64,000 nucleotides of DNA, taken from IMG/VR virus record IMGVR_UViG_3300025853_000072. One strand, given 5' to 3'. Below are positions 8,914 to 18,889 of this stretch, piece by piece. Numbering within the stretch: position 1 is the first letter of the stretch; the number at the start of each line of letters is the position of its first letter. This DNA is from an uncultured virus (IMG/VR IMGVR_UViG_3300025853_000072) (lineage: Duplodnaviria; Heunggongvirae; Uroviricota; Caudoviricetes; Crassvirales). The position numbers and the translations under genes were made by a program. The notes below the pieces were generated by a model. That model was not told where the DNA came from. It did no database searches and saw only the letters and a list, made by a program, of their open reading frames with translations.

Positions 8914-8987
8914 GCACCTGTAGCTCAACGGGATAGAGCAGCGCACTTCTAATGCGCAGGTTCGGGGTTCGAGTCCCTGCGGGTGTA
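8914..8987 (+). tRNA. tRNA-Arg, anticodon TCT (8948-8950), CCA not encoded
   Basis: Acceptor GCACCTG/CGGGTGT; D-arm GCTC..GAGC; anticodon arm GCGCA-CTTCTAA-TGCGC; T-arm CGGGG-TTCGAGT-CCCTG. Confidence 0.95.
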
Positions 8988-9005
8988 CAAATTAAATCAA
9001 CTACT

Positions 9006-9191
9006 ATGGCAGATTACATTTGCGGATGCAAGGAGAAGCACGAAGAATCTAAGACGGGAGTCTCCATCAAGTTCGGAGAGGACGGGGCTTACCATGACAT
9101 CAAGTGTCCATGCGGTAAGTACATGGAGATCAAGAACCCAAAGACTGGAGTGCCATCGTTTAAGCGAGACAGCCACGGTCGTGTCTACTGA
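9006..9191 (+). CDS. Small zinc-ribbon (FmdB-like) protein
   Basis: MADYICGC...H...CPCGKYM; ATG follows an A-rich leader. Confidence 0.7.
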   Translation: MADYICGCKEKHEESKTGVSIKFGEDGAYHDIKCPCGKYMEIKNPKTGVPSFKRDSHGRVY

Positions 9192-11277
9192 TGCTGAGGA
9201 CATTATCGCAATTTGCCCCAACGGTACGAAAGGTGAAAGTCTTTCGATCGGTGGGCTACACATTGCACTTCCCGCTCAGCCTCCCGAAGAGGAGATTGAA
9301 GGACATGGACTTCCAAACCACATGCAGTTGTGGAAAAGGGTTTCTATGCCCAAGGAGTTGTCTCGGATTAAGTCTATGGATGAGTGGGCGGAAATGCCAA
9401 GGGAGTTCCGACAGAAGTTTCGTCCGTATATCGAGGAGGAGTTTCGCCGTAGGCGTGAGGGCTTTTGGTTTTTTAACGACGGTGAGCCTACATATATTAC
9501 GGGCAGGCACTACATGATGCTCCAATGGACTCGGATGGATATAGGCTATCCGAGCTTCCTTTTGTTCCAAAGAGATATTTTCTTACATTTGGCTGCGTGT
9601 GAGGCGGACGACCGATGTATCGGTCAGCTCTACACTAAGTGCAGACGAAGCGGGTACACGAACATCTGCTCGTCTGTACTTCTAGATGAAGCGACACAGG
9701 TCAAGGACAAGCTCCTTGGCATCCAGTCCAAGACTGGTAAGGACGCTCAAGAAAATATATTCATGAAGAAGGTGGTCTACATGTTTAGGCACTACCCCTT
9801 CTTCTTTAAACCCATTCAAGATGGAACGACCAATCCGCGCATGGAGCTGGCTTTTCGCGAGCCCTCTAAGAGAATCACGAAGAAGAATAAGAGTTCGCAG
9901 ACGGGCGAGGCTCTTAATACGGTAATCAACTGGAAGAACACTACCAACAACGCATACGACGGAGAGAAGCTACACATACTATATCTGGATGAGGCGGGGA
10001 AGTGGGAGAAGCCTACGGATATTCGTGACGCTTGGAGGATTCAGCGTACGTGTCTTATCGTGGGTCGCAAGATTGTGGGAAAGGCTCTGGTGGGTTCTAC
10101 TGTAAATCCAATGGACAAGGGAGGCAAGGAGTACAAAGACCTTTGGGCAGACTCCGACCCCAATCAACGAAACGCGAATGGTAGAACCAGATCTGGATTG
10201 TACAGATTGTTCATACCTTCGCACCAATCTTTAGAGGGATTTTTTGATGTTCACGGTAGACCCATTGTTGATGATCCTGCTGAGCCTGTGGATGGGCTTG
10301 ACGGCGACGCTGTTCTTATCGGTGCGAAGACCTATCTCAAAAATGAAAGAGAAAGTCTTAAGGGCGATCCTTCGGAACTCAACGAGGTAACCAGGCAGTT
10401 CCCGTTCACCACGGATGAGGCGTTCCGTGACAGCATCGACGGGAGCATATTCAACGTAGGTAAGATCTATCAGCAGGTCGAGTACAACGACGAGCTGTTC
10501 CCCAACCCTGTTGTCAAGGGCAACTTCATCTGGAAGGAGAAGGACAAGACTGTCGTGTTTTCTCCAGACGTCAACGGGAGATTCCGCGTGGCGTGGATGC
10601 CCCCGCAGGAGCAGCGAAATGTGAGGAGGATGGATGGTGGCAAGCTTGTCGCCCCGTTCGTCGATCGTGGATGTGGTGGGGTTGACTCGTACGACCTGGA
10701 TGCCACAGTGGATGGCAGGGGCTCGAAGGGAGCCCTGCATCTGTACAACAAGTTTCATATCGAGAACCCGTCAAACATGTTCGTCGTGGAGTACGCTTCA
10801 CGTCCAGACCTGGCCAAGATCTTCTACGAGGACGTGCTCATGGCTGCGTTCTTCTACGGGTATCCGTTGCTGGTAGAGAACAACAAGTATGGTATTGTAA
10901 GGTACTTTGAATCAAGAGGTTACGATGGATACCTGATGGACAGACCGAAGCACTTGATGTCTGCTAACGCAAAGGTGAATGTGAAGACAAAGGGTATCCC
11001 GTCCAACTCTCAGGATGTAATCCAGTCTCATGCTCAGTCCATCGAGCAGTACATCCACGATCACGTAGGTATGAATAACAATACAGGTGAGTACGGGAAG
11101 ATGTATTTCAACAGGACTCTGGAGGATTGGATCGGCTTTAAGATTAACGATCGAACCAAGTTTGACTTGACGATTAGTTCTGGTCTCGCACTCCTGGCTT
11201 CGCAGAAGTCGAAACCCGTTGAGCGTACGGACTTTACAGAGCGTCAGTTTTTCCGTCGCTACAAGACAATGGGCTGA
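9181..11277 (+). CDS. terL: Terminase large subunit
   Basis: Walker A-like KCRRSGYT, Walker B LYLDEAGK, nuclease GGVDSYD; probable GTG start at 9181 (ORF open from 8983). Confidence 0.92.
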   Translation: MSTDAEDIIAICPNGTKGESLSIGGLHIALPAQPPEEEIEGHGLPNHMQLWKRVSMPKELSRIKSMDEWAEMPREFRQKFRPYIEEEFRRRREGFWFFNDGEPTYITGRHYMMLQWTRMDIGYPSFLLFQRDIFLHLAACEADDRCIGQLYTKCRRSGYTNICSSVLLDEATQVKDKLLGIQSKTGKDAQENIFMKKVVYMFRHYPFFFKPIQDGTTNPRMELAFREPSKRITKKNKSSQTGEALNTVINWKNTTNNAYDGEKLHILYLDEAGKWEKPTDIRDAWRIQRTCLIVGRKIVGKALVGSTVNPMDKGGKEYKDLWADSDPNQRNANGRTRSGLYRLFIPSHQSLEGFFDVHGRPIVDDPAEPVDGLDGDAVLIGAKTYLKNERESLKGDPSELNEVTRQFPFTTDEAFRDSIDGSIFNVGKIYQQVEYNDELFPNPVVKGNFIWKEKDKTVVFSPDVNGRFRVAWMPPQEQRNVRRMDGGKLVAPFVDRGCGGVDSYDLDATVDGRGSKGALHLYNKFHIENPSNMFVVEYASRPDLAKIFYEDVLMAAFFYGYPLLVENNKYGIVRYFESRGYDGYLMDRPKHLMSANAKVNVKTKGIPSNSQDVIQSHAQSIEQYIHDHVGMNNNTGEYGKMYFNRTLEDWIGFKINDRTKFDLTISSGLALLASQKSKPVERTDFTERQFFRRYKTMG

Positions 11278-11282
11278 TTTGT

Positions 11283-11290
11283 TATATTTG
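11283..11290 (+). promoter_or_regulatory. -7 promoter TATATTTG, 5 nt before portal ATG
   Basis: TAnnTTTG match. Confidence 0.75.
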
Positions 11291-11295
11291 TGCCA

Positions 11296-13674
11296 ATGTA
11301 TAGCGACAACAATAAGAAGAAGGGTTTTCCAGATCCTCTAGCTGCTGCAGAGGCGAAGAGGGAAAAGTCCTATGGCCTCCAATATGCCATGGCCATCTAC
11401 TCCCAGTGGGGGCAGTCTACAGACACCCACTCTCTCTACGGTAGAAGAAACAAGATCTTCAGTCGCAACAGAGACTACGCGAACGGTACGCAAGATACTA
11501 CAATCTACAAAAAACTTCTAAGCTCACTCAACCCCATGGACGGGGACGGTAGTTTGCTTAATCTCGACTACACTCCCGTACCGATCCTCCCCAAGTTTGT
11601 CAAGATCGTCGCTAACAAAATCTTGTCAAGGGACCCCTATCCGAACCTGGAGTCCATCGACCCTGTCTCTTCCTCCGAGAAAAACAAGAAGAAGGACCGC
11701 ATCCGCATGCAGGTGGAGGCACGGAAGGAGTTGCAGCAGTTGAAGGAGCAGACGGGCGCAGTGCTCGACATGGACCCAGACGACATCCCAGAATCTTTGG
11801 AGGAGGCTGAGATGTTCATGGACACGAATATCAAGACGGACGCAGAGGTGGCCGCACAGCTTGCCACTGCGATGACTTTGTCTTGGGCGAACTTCAATGA
11901 CTCCACATTCCGCAGAGCTGTACTCGACCTCGTGTCCTTGGGTATGGCTGTCGTGAAGAGGCAGAACGATCCCAACAAGGGAATCGACGTGGAGTACGTC
12001 GACCCCGCCACCTTCGTCCACAGCTACACGGAGGACCCTAACTTCGGGGATATGGTGTACGCTGGTCACATCAAGCGCATCCCCATTCAGGAGCTGAAGC
12101 GGTTGGCGGGAGACGATCTTACAGAGGAGGACTACAAGCAGATCGCAAACAAGGTCAAGGACAAGTATTCCAACGACGCATCTAGGTTTAATTCGTCACA
12201 CTACGACGACAGGTACATGCGTACCATTTACGGATACGACGAGTACATGGTGGAGGTGATGGACTTCGAGTTCATCGGCGTCGATTGCATCTACTTCGAG
12301 GAGAAGGAGAACCGATTCGGTAACACTGGATTCTACTACAAGGGCGACTCCTACAAGGAGAGAGCTGGCACCGTGTTCGAAAGAAAGCCTCACAAGATGG
12401 AGGTTTCTTGCGTTTACGGTGGTTCGTTCATCGTCGGTACCGAGACCATCTACGGGTACGGCAAGAAGCAAAACATGCCGAAGAACGTACACGACCTCAG
12501 CCGTGTGACGTTGTCTTACTCTCCCGTAGCCACAAACATGCTGCGCATGGTCCCCAAATCCATGGTGGACAGCTGCACAGGGTTTGCGGACATGCTTCAG
12601 CTCACTCACTTGAAGATCCAGCAGGCGGTCGCCAAGGCCAAGCCTGATGGATTGATCATCGACATCGAAGGGTTGGAGAACGTCCAGCTTGGAAAGGGCG
12701 GTGAGCTTGAGCCACTGGAGATCCACGACATCTACGAGCAGACTGGTGTCTTCTACTACAGGAGCAAGAACCCAGAGGGTGGATTCCAGAATCCTCCAGT
12801 ACGGGAAATCGGCAATGCCATCAGGAACATTCAAGAGTTGGTGGCTCTGTACAACCACTACCTGCAGTTGATCAGAGATACGTCTGGCATCAACGAATCT
12901 ATGGACGGGACTACACCGAAGGGTGATATGCTCGTCGGGGTTCAGCAGAACGCCATCGTCCAGGGCAACAATGCAATCCACGACATCACCAACGCATCGA
13001 TGATGATGTACAAGAAGGTGTGTCAGGATATCGTCAAGTGCATTCAGATCATCCCATCCGAGTCCGTGCTGTTCAGGATCTACGCCAACGCTATCGGAGA
13101 GACCAACATGTCGGTCCTTGATTCATTCAGAGATTTGGCCATGTACAATTTCGGGGTGCAGGTCGTCAAAGAGATGGAGGACAAGGACAAGGAGTACCTG
13201 GAGCAGAACATCCAGGTGTCCATTCAGCAGGGTCAGATCGATCTTGAAGACGCCATCGCTGTTCGCACACTGAAGGATGTGAACCAGGCAGAGAGGCTGC
13301 TCGTCCTTCGCCGCAAGAAGCGAATGAAGCAGCAACAAGAGATGGCTGCACAGAATTCTCAAGTGCAGGCGCAGCAGGCTCAACAAGCTGCTGCCGCTGC
13401 ATCACAGGCAAAACAGCAGGAGATCCAGATGGAGTCTCAGCTCAAGCAGCAGGAAATCCAACTCAAAGGTCAGCTCGACATGCAGCTCATGCAGATGGAG
13501 CACGAGATGCGTAAGGAGATCGAGATGATCAAAGCACAGGCCACACTTGGTTTCCGTGAAGACGATCAGAACTTTAAGGAAAAGCTGGAGGTGATGAAGG
13601 AGGATGGCAAGAACGAAAGACTCACCCAGCAGCAAACTCAACAACAAGAACAACTAGAAGAAGATGGCCAATAA
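11296..13674 (+). CDS. Portal protein
   Basis: Follows TerL; LNLDYTPVPILPKFV and SGINESMDG motifs; Gln-rich coiled-coil C-terminal barrel. Confidence 0.9.
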   Translation: MYSDNNKKKGFPDPLAAAEAKREKSYGLQYAMAIYSQWGQSTDTHSLYGRRNKIFSRNRDYANGTQDTTIYKKLLSSLNPMDGDGSLLNLDYTPVPILPKFVKIVANKILSRDPYPNLESIDPVSSSEKNKKKDRIRMQVEARKELQQLKEQTGAVLDMDPDDIPESLEEAEMFMDTNIKTDAEVAAQLATAMTLSWANFNDSTFRRAVLDLVSLGMAVVKRQNDPNKGIDVEYVDPATFVHSYTEDPNFGDMVYAGHIKRIPIQELKRLAGDDLTEEDYKQIANKVKDKYSNDASRFNSSHYDDRYMRTIYGYDEYMVEVMDFEFIGVDCIYFEEKENRFGNTGFYYKGDSYKERAGTVFERKPHKMEVSCVYGGSFIVGTETIYGYGKKQNMPKNVHDLSRVTLSYSPVATNMLRMVPKSMVDSCTGFADMLQLTHLKIQQAVAKAKPDGLIIDIEGLENVQLGKGGELEPLEIHDIYEQTGVFYYRSKNPEGGFQNPPVREIGNAIRNIQELVALYNHYLQLIRDTSGINESMDGTTPKGDMLVGVQQNAIVQGNNAIHDITNASMMMYKKVCQDIVKCIQIIPSESVLFRIYANAIGETNMSVLDSFRDLAMYNFGVQVVKEMEDKDKEYLEQNIQVSIQQGQIDLEDAIAVRTLKDVNQAERLLVLRRKKRMKQQQEMAAQNSQVQAQQAQQAAAAASQAKQQEIQMESQLKQQEIQLKGQLDMQLMQMEHEMRKEIEMIKAQATLGFREDDQNFKEKLEVMKEDGKNERLTQQQTQQQEQLEEDGQ

Positions 13675-14104
13675 AGTAAACCTAGATATCTCCGAAAGGC
13701 TTGACATCACGTGCAAGCGCGGAGATACATTTAGCCTTGGCTTGTTGATCAAGGATTCGGCTGGCACAGCCATCACGCTCAGCACCAGCGGATACACGTT
13801 CTTGATGCAAGTGAAGGGGGACCCACTTCCAGACGGTTCCGATAGGGAGCTCATCATGGGTACGACGGACCAGGGCAGGTCTGCGACAAAGGTGAATGCC
13901 GACAGGGTCGAGGTTGCCACGAACTTCACCGTTACGGTGGACGATGACGGCAACGCCACGTTCACTGCAACGAGCGAGGCCATGCAGCTTATCGAAGCTG
14001 GCAACTACGTGTACGACATTCAGCAGACTGTGAACAGCGTAGCCACTACAATTCTTGAAGGACAGTTCACTGTCAACGACGACATCTCCAATCCGACTCT
14101 TTAA
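13664..14104 (+). CDS. Tail fibre adaptor (BppU N-terminal-like)
   Basis: LDITCKRGDTF...YVYDIQ...ILEGQFTV. Confidence 0.65.
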   Translation: MANKVNLDISERLDITCKRGDTFSLGLLIKDSAGTAITLSTSGYTFLMQVKGDPLPDGSDRELIMGTTDQGRSATKVNADRVEVATNFTVTVDDDGNATFTATSEAMQLIEAGNYVYDIQQTVNSVATTILEGQFTVNDDISNPTL

Positions 14105-15621
14105 TGGCGATTACGGTAAATACCACGAGCGGTAACTCTCTTACGGTTACTGTGTCTGGTACTACCCAGGCATCGTTTACCACGGAGAGTACGAGCGTTT
14201 CGGTCACACCCCCTGCATCTTCTTCTGTGTCTATTCTTCAGAAGGGACCCAAGGGAGACACTGGCCCCCAGGGAATCCAAGGCGTTCCTGGTAATAATGG
14301 CGTTGACGGTGCAGACGGTGCAGATGGTCAGGGTGTTCCTACTGGAGGTACTGCGAATCAGGTTCTGATCAAGGACTCTGGAACTGACTACGACACTTCC
14401 TGGGGGGCTGTTGCTTATTCGGATGTAACGGGGACTCCAAGTTTGGCTACTGTTGCAACAAGTGGAGCTTACTCAGATCTTTCTGGTAAGCCTTCTCTCG
14501 CTGCAGTAGCTACTAGCGGGGCATACTCAGACCTTTCAGGGGCTCCAACCATACCCTCAGGTGACGTTGTAGACGACACAACGCCTCAGCTTGGAGGGGA
14601 CCTTGATGTCAACGGGAACAAGATTGTATCTGCTTCTAATGGAGACATTGTTATTGATCCTCATGGTACAGGCAAAATTGTTTTGCAGGCTGACGAAATC
14701 AGAACTAGAGGAACTGGTTCTGTGGGGGTTGGAATAATTAAGTTGTACGAAGGTGATATTTTGCCAGATGACAACTTCGTTGCGCTTCAGGCTCCTATAT
14801 CTCTAGCATCTGATCTGACCTTCACTCTCCCTGCCGCTGATGGTGGCGACGGTCAAGTACTGAAGACCAACGGATCAGGAACCCTCTCGTTTACTGATGC
14901 CTTGGATGGTGTCAACGACACGCTTACTGGAGTAACTCAGATTAAAGACGCAGGAACTACCAGAGGCACGGTATCTTTCTACGACGACGCAGGAGACAAC
15001 TTTGTTGCTTTGAGAGGTGCCACTACCCTGACCTCTGACACTGTCTTTATTCTGCCCACTGCCGATGGAAGTGCTGGTCAGTTCTTAAAAACAGACGGAT
15101 CAGGAAACCTGTCTTTTGCGGCTGCAGGCGGAGGCAGTAGTACAACATTTAGGCAGGTACACTCAATGTCGTTCTTAGATGACATTGGGACTTCCTATCA
15201 CTATTTGCCATGGAAAGACATTAACGAGCAGACCACAATCTATCAGGAAGAGGCTGCCATGCTTATGCCATACGACGGAAGAATTGTTTCAGTGTCTATT
15301 CGTCCTGCAACTCTTTCAGGAAGCGGAGACCTTACGGTAAGAGTCTACACCGCGCCCACTGGAACTAATATCTTTGCCCCAGGCAGCTTTACGCAAGAGG
15401 AGAATGAGACTTTGGCTGTCACTGATACTGACGACCATCATACTTTCCATTTCGTGTTCGACAACGCTCAGCACTTCGAGGCTGGAGACTTATGTACGAT
15501 AGGTCTTAACGCTTCTGCCGATTTGTCCAGTACCACATACTGGTATGTGACAACTATTGTTGAGTTCGATACATCTGCAGACCTTGGCTCCAGCAGCACA
15601 GAACACCAGCAGAACCCATAA
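14104..15621 (+). CDS. Tail fibre with collagen-like and VATSGAYSDLSG repeats
   Basis: Gly-X-Y run; DTTPQLGGDLDVNG; duplicated LP.ADG..GQ.LKT.GSG.LSF. Confidence 0.8.
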   Translation: MAITVNTTSGNSLTVTVSGTTQASFTTESTSVSVTPPASSSVSILQKGPKGDTGPQGIQGVPGNNGVDGADGADGQGVPTGGTANQVLIKDSGTDYDTSWGAVAYSDVTGTPSLATVATSGAYSDLSGKPSLAAVATSGAYSDLSGAPTIPSGDVVDDTTPQLGGDLDVNGNKIVSASNGDIVIDPHGTGKIVLQADEIRTRGTGSVGVGIIKLYEGDILPDDNFVALQAPISLASDLTFTLPAADGGDGQVLKTNGSGTLSFTDALDGVNDTLTGVTQIKDAGTTRGTVSFYDDAGDNFVALRGATTLTSDTVFILPTADGSAGQFLKTDGSGNLSFAAAGGGSSTTFRQVHSMSFLDDIGTSYHYLPWKDINEQTTIYQEEAAMLMPYDGRIVSVSIRPATLSGSGDLTVRVYTAPTGTNIFAPGSFTQEENETLAVTDTDDHHTFHFVFDNAQHFEAGDLCTIGLNASADLSSTTYWYVTTIVEFDTSADLGSSSTEHQQNP

Positions 15622-15633
15622 AGCCTAGCTGTT

Positions 15634-15641
15634 TATATTTG
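15634..15641 (+). promoter_or_regulatory. -7 promoter TATATTTG, 4 nt before ATG
   Basis: TAnnTTTG match. Confidence 0.75.
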
Positions 15642-15645
15642 CAAT

Positions 15646-15939
15646 ATGGCACTTAACGAAAGCGATAAAAAGAAACTGAAAAGATTTGGTCTTAGCGGAC
15701 TGAACAAACCTAAGAGATCTTCAAGCGGGAAGAAGTCACACATCGTAGCGGTACGCGACGGCGGTAGAGTCAAGATCATCCGCTTCGGTGAACGTGGGGC
15801 GTCCACCGCAGGTAAGCCCAAGGCGGGTGAGTCTGCACGCATGAAGGCCAAGCGCAAGTCGTTCAAGGCACGCCACAGAAAGAACATCGCTAAGGGGAAG
15901 ACCAGCGCAGCTTACTGGGCTAATAAAGTAAAGTGGTAA
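15646..15939 (+). CDS. Small basic conserved phage protein (KIIRFG...SFKARH...SAAYWA)
   Basis: 97 aa, Lys/Arg-rich. Confidence 0.8.
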   Translation: MALNESDKKKLKRFGLSGLNKPKRSSSGKKSHIVAVRDGGRVKIIRFGERGASTAGKPKAGESARMKAKRKSFKARHRKNIAKGKTSAAYWANKVKW

Positions 15940-16127
15940 TGCCAAGCGTAGTCAAATACAACAAAGGGGGCAAGTTGAAGGTCAGCTCCAAGGCCATGGA
16001 TGTACCGCCTCCTTCGGGCTACCATTGGATGGAGGAGCGTGGTAGATACTTCCTCATGAAGGGAGATTACAAACCGCATCCAGGTGCAGTCAAGAGTGCA
16101 AAGTTCAAACTCGTAAATCATGCCTAA
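15939..16127 (+). CDS. Small basic protein (PPSGYHWM)
   Basis: TAATG-coupled ORF. Confidence 0.7.
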   Translation: MPSVVKYNKGGKLKVSSKAMDVPPPSGYHWMEERGRYFLMKGDYKPHPGAVKSAKFKLVNHA

Positions 16128-16314
16128 ACTCAACAAGAAAAGCAAGAGCCGCGTAAACGAGGCAGGTAATTACACCAAGCCAGGTATGCGCAAGAGAATC
16201 TTCAACAGAATCAAAGCTGGATCGAAGGGCGGCAGACCAGGTCAGTGGTCTGCACGCAAAGCACAGATGGTAGCCAAGGCTTACAAGGCCGCAGGCGGAG
16301 GATATAAAAACTAA
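16120..16314 (+). CDS. Small basic protein, DUF5872-like (GGRPGQWSARKAQ)
   Basis: Motif recognition. Confidence 0.75.
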   Translation: MPKLNKKSKSRVNEAGNYTKPGMRKRIFNRIKAGSKGGRPGQWSARKAQMVAKAYKAAGGGYKN

Positions 16315-16577
16315 TGCCAAAGCTCAAGAAGTCACAGCAGTCGCTCAAGAACTGGACGGGTCAAGAATGGATGACGTCTGGAACCCACGCAAACAAGAAG
16401 AAAGGAAAGTCCAAGGAGGTTAAGTCCAAGGGCAAGAAGCGGTATCTTCCTAAGGCTGCGTGGAGTGCGTTGAGTGCGGGAGAAAAATCTGCGACAAACA
16501 AAGCAAAGGCTAAGAGCAAGAAGCAGTTCGTAAAACAACCCAAGTCTATCGCGCGTAAAACTGCGCGTTACAGATAA
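16314..16577 (+). CDS. Small basic protein (SLKNWTGQEW...RYLPKAA), partner of the previous gene
   Basis: Coupled 87-aa ORF. Confidence 0.75.
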   Translation: MPKLKKSQQSLKNWTGQEWMTSGTHANKKKGKSKEVKSKGKKRYLPKAAWSALSAGEKSATNKAKAKSKKQFVKQPKSIARKTARYR

Positions 16578-16581
16578 TTAC

Positions 16582-16589
16582 TATATTTG
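16582..16589 (+). promoter_or_regulatory. -7 promoter TATATTTG for the head operon
   Basis: TAnnTTTG followed by an A-rich leader to ATG 16611. Confidence 0.75.
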
Positions 16590-16610
16590 CAGAAATAACA
16601 ACAAACAAAA

Positions 16611-17012
16611 ATGGCTACAACCACTGCATCAATTACGCTTTCTAGCTCTGATCTCACGGGAGACGCATTGTCCCTGAGCTCTACCGCAACCTTGACTAAG
16701 GCTGGTAGCGCTACTGGCCTGGATCAGACTACTGGCGTTGCTCGAAAGTTCTTTGCTGGAGCACAGACTGCTTACAACCTCGTCGCTGCTGCAGACTACA
16801 CTGCAGACAAGGCTCACAAGGTGTACATCAAGAACACCTCTACTAGCAATTCTGAGTTTATCACGATCGAACTTGGCGGCTCTAACGTTTCTCTTGGCAG
16901 ACTGTACGGAGGAGACTGGATGTTGATTCCTTACGATGGAAACAACGACATTGACATCGACACTTCTGATGTCAACATGACCGTCGAGTACCTCGTTATC
17001 TACGAAGCTTAA
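16611..17012 (+). CDS. Small virion structural protein (paralog of 17012)
   Basis: 133 aa; VYIKN and GGDWMLIP. Confidence 0.7.
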   Translation: MATTTASITLSSSDLTGDALSLSSTATLTKAGSATGLDQTTGVARKFFAGAQTAYNLVAAADYTADKAHKVYIKNTSTSNSEFITIELGGSNVSLGRLYGGDWMLIPYDGNNDIDIDTSDVNMTVEYLVIYEA

Positions 17013-17419
17013 TGGCTAACGTAACAGTATCACTTACTCTCGCGAGCAGCGACGTGCTTACGTCGCCTTTGAACTTATCTGTATCTGGTGGCATCAATGT
17101 CGATTCAGGTAGCTTGATTCGTGCGAAGGTGAAGGGTACTGCTGCGGACACGAACGACCTCGCTATCTACATCGCCAATCAGTGCGAAGACAGAGCCTAC
17201 CTCTACATCAAAAACCTGGAGGAGGATCTGGAGAACTATGTATACATTCACAATGACACCGACACTGGTCTCGTAGCCAAGATTGGCGGAGGTGAATTTG
17301 CGTTTATCCCAGTCGCTCCAGACAAGAAGTACGAGGTGTACGGCACAAGAGTCGACTCGTTGATCGAGTACGGTGTGTTCGGCAACGATGATTCAGACAA
17401 CCCATACGGAGGTTCCTAA
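17012..17419 (+). CDS. Small virion structural protein (paralog of 16611)
   Basis: 135 aa; LYIKN and GGEFAFIP. Confidence 0.7.
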   Translation: MANVTVSLTLASSDVLTSPLNLSVSGGINVDSGSLIRAKVKGTAADTNDLAIYIANQCEDRAYLYIKNLEEDLENYVYIHNDTDTGLVAKIGGGEFAFIPVAPDKKYEVYGTRVDSLIEYGVFGNDDSDNPYGGS

Positions 17420-17429
17420 TACATAAGAC

Positions 17430-17759
17430 ATGGCAACATTAGCAAACCAAGGAATGTCCTCTCAGGCTGCTTTCGGTCAACTCGGAAGCACGCACATCGA
17501 CAGCAATACAGCATGTACACCTCCTACAGGGATGGTGTACGTTGCTGTTACGTGCCTTGAGGACACCAAGTTCACCAAGCTCGAAGCAGAGGACAACACC
17601 AAGTACTTCGGTACCGACAGTGCAGATGACTTCGACGGCACTGGTGATCAGGTCGCGTCGACCACAGTCTTTCCAAAAGGTATGACCATCTATGGTCGTT
17701 TCGATGCCATCACCTTGGCATCTGGAAAGGTCTTGGCCTACCACGGCCCAGCGAAGTAA
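17430..17759 (+). CDS. Small virion protein (FPKGMTIYGRF..ITLASGKVLAY)
   Basis: 109-aa ORF in the head cluster. Confidence 0.7.
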   Translation: MATLANQGMSSQAAFGQLGSTHIDSNTACTPPTGMVYVAVTCLEDTKFTKLEAEDNTKYFGTDSADDFDGTGDQVASTTVFPKGMTIYGRFDAITLASGKVLAYHGPAK

Positions 17760-17778
17760 ACAAATCAATTAAAATATA

Positions 17779-18876
17779 ATGGAAGATAACAACTCACCCG
17801 TCGCAGGCTTTGAAGTCTTCGACTCGCCAGACGCCATGATCGCGTCTGAGCAAGTACAGGAAGAGACTCCCCAACAGGAGTCTCAGCCTGTTCAGGAGGA
17901 GCAGGCCCCAGAGCCCGCTACATACGAAGCCCCAGACGCGGCTCAACCTGAGCCACAACCAGAAGTTCAGCCAGAACCACAGGCCGAACCACAACAAGAA
18001 CAACCTGAGTACTCTCAGGAGGACATCGAATCAGCCGTTCTGAACTACGCCAGCGAAAGGCTCGGCATGCAGATCGAATCATTTGATCAACTCCAGGGAG
18101 CTCAACAACAGACTGCTCTAGATGAGAGAGTCGCTAAGATCGCAGAGTTCGTCGAAACGACGGGACGCGGTCCTGAAGATTGGTTTAGATATCAGTCGCT
18201 GGATCCATCAGGTATGGACGACCTCACAGCAGTGAGAGTCAATCTGGCATCTGAGTACCCTAACCTCTCCTCTAGCGAGATCAATCTTCTCGTACAGAAC
18301 AGTTACCCAATGGATGACAAGGCTAATGACGCCAACACCATCCAGATGTCGCAACTGCGACTGAAGGTCGATGCTCAAAAGGCACGCGCTGCAATCTCCG
18401 ATTTGAGAGATCGCTACACCGCACCTGCCCAAGAGCAAGACATGGACATGGATCCTATCGTTGATGATCAGTGGATCAGCACGATGTCAAAAGAAGTAGA
18501 TCAGATGACTGGGTTGGAGTTCGACCTGGGCGGTGACAAGAGCTTCACCTTTGGCTTCGACGACGCCACTAAGAATCGCGTGAAGGCATCCAACGCCAAC
18601 ATTGAAAACTTCTTCGACCCGTTCGTGGACGGCGAAGGCAACTGGAACTACGACGCTCTGTCGACTCACATCGCCGTGACACAGAACATCGACGCCATTG
18701 TACGCTCTGCGTATCAACAGGGGTTGGGTGACGGTCAGCGAGGTCTCGTCGACAAGGCTGCGAATGTTTCTACCGCCGCGCCAAAACAGACAGGTCAAGA
18801 ACAAAACAATCCTCTCTCCGATCAGGTGAGAAACCTCCTGAGAAACTCATCCTCAGGATTAACTTTTAAAATCTAA
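17779..18876 (+). CDS. Putative capsid scaffolding protein
   Basis: Acidic, E/Q/P-rich N-terminus; immediately upstream of MCP. Confidence 0.7.
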   Translation: MEDNNSPVAGFEVFDSPDAMIASEQVQEETPQQESQPVQEEQAPEPATYEAPDAAQPEPQPEVQPEPQAEPQQEQPEYSQEDIESAVLNYASERLGMQIESFDQLQGAQQQTALDERVAKIAEFVETTGRGPEDWFRYQSLDPSGMDDLTAVRVNLASEYPNLSSSEINLLVQNSYPMDDKANDANTIQMSQLRLKVDAQKARAAISDLRDRYTAPAQEQDMDMDPIVDDQWISTMSKEVDQMTGLEFDLGGDKSFTFGFDDATKNRVKASNANIENFFDPFVDGEGNWNYDALSTHIAVTQNIDAIVRSAYQQGLGDGQRGLVDKAANVSTAAPKQTGQEQNNPLSDQVRNLLRNSSSGLTFKI

Positions 18877-18889
18877 AAACTAAGAAACT

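Noticed and set aside
8952..9180. ORF-track starts at 8952 and 8983
   Set aside because: They lie within the tRNA; ATG 9006 and GTG 9181 fit better
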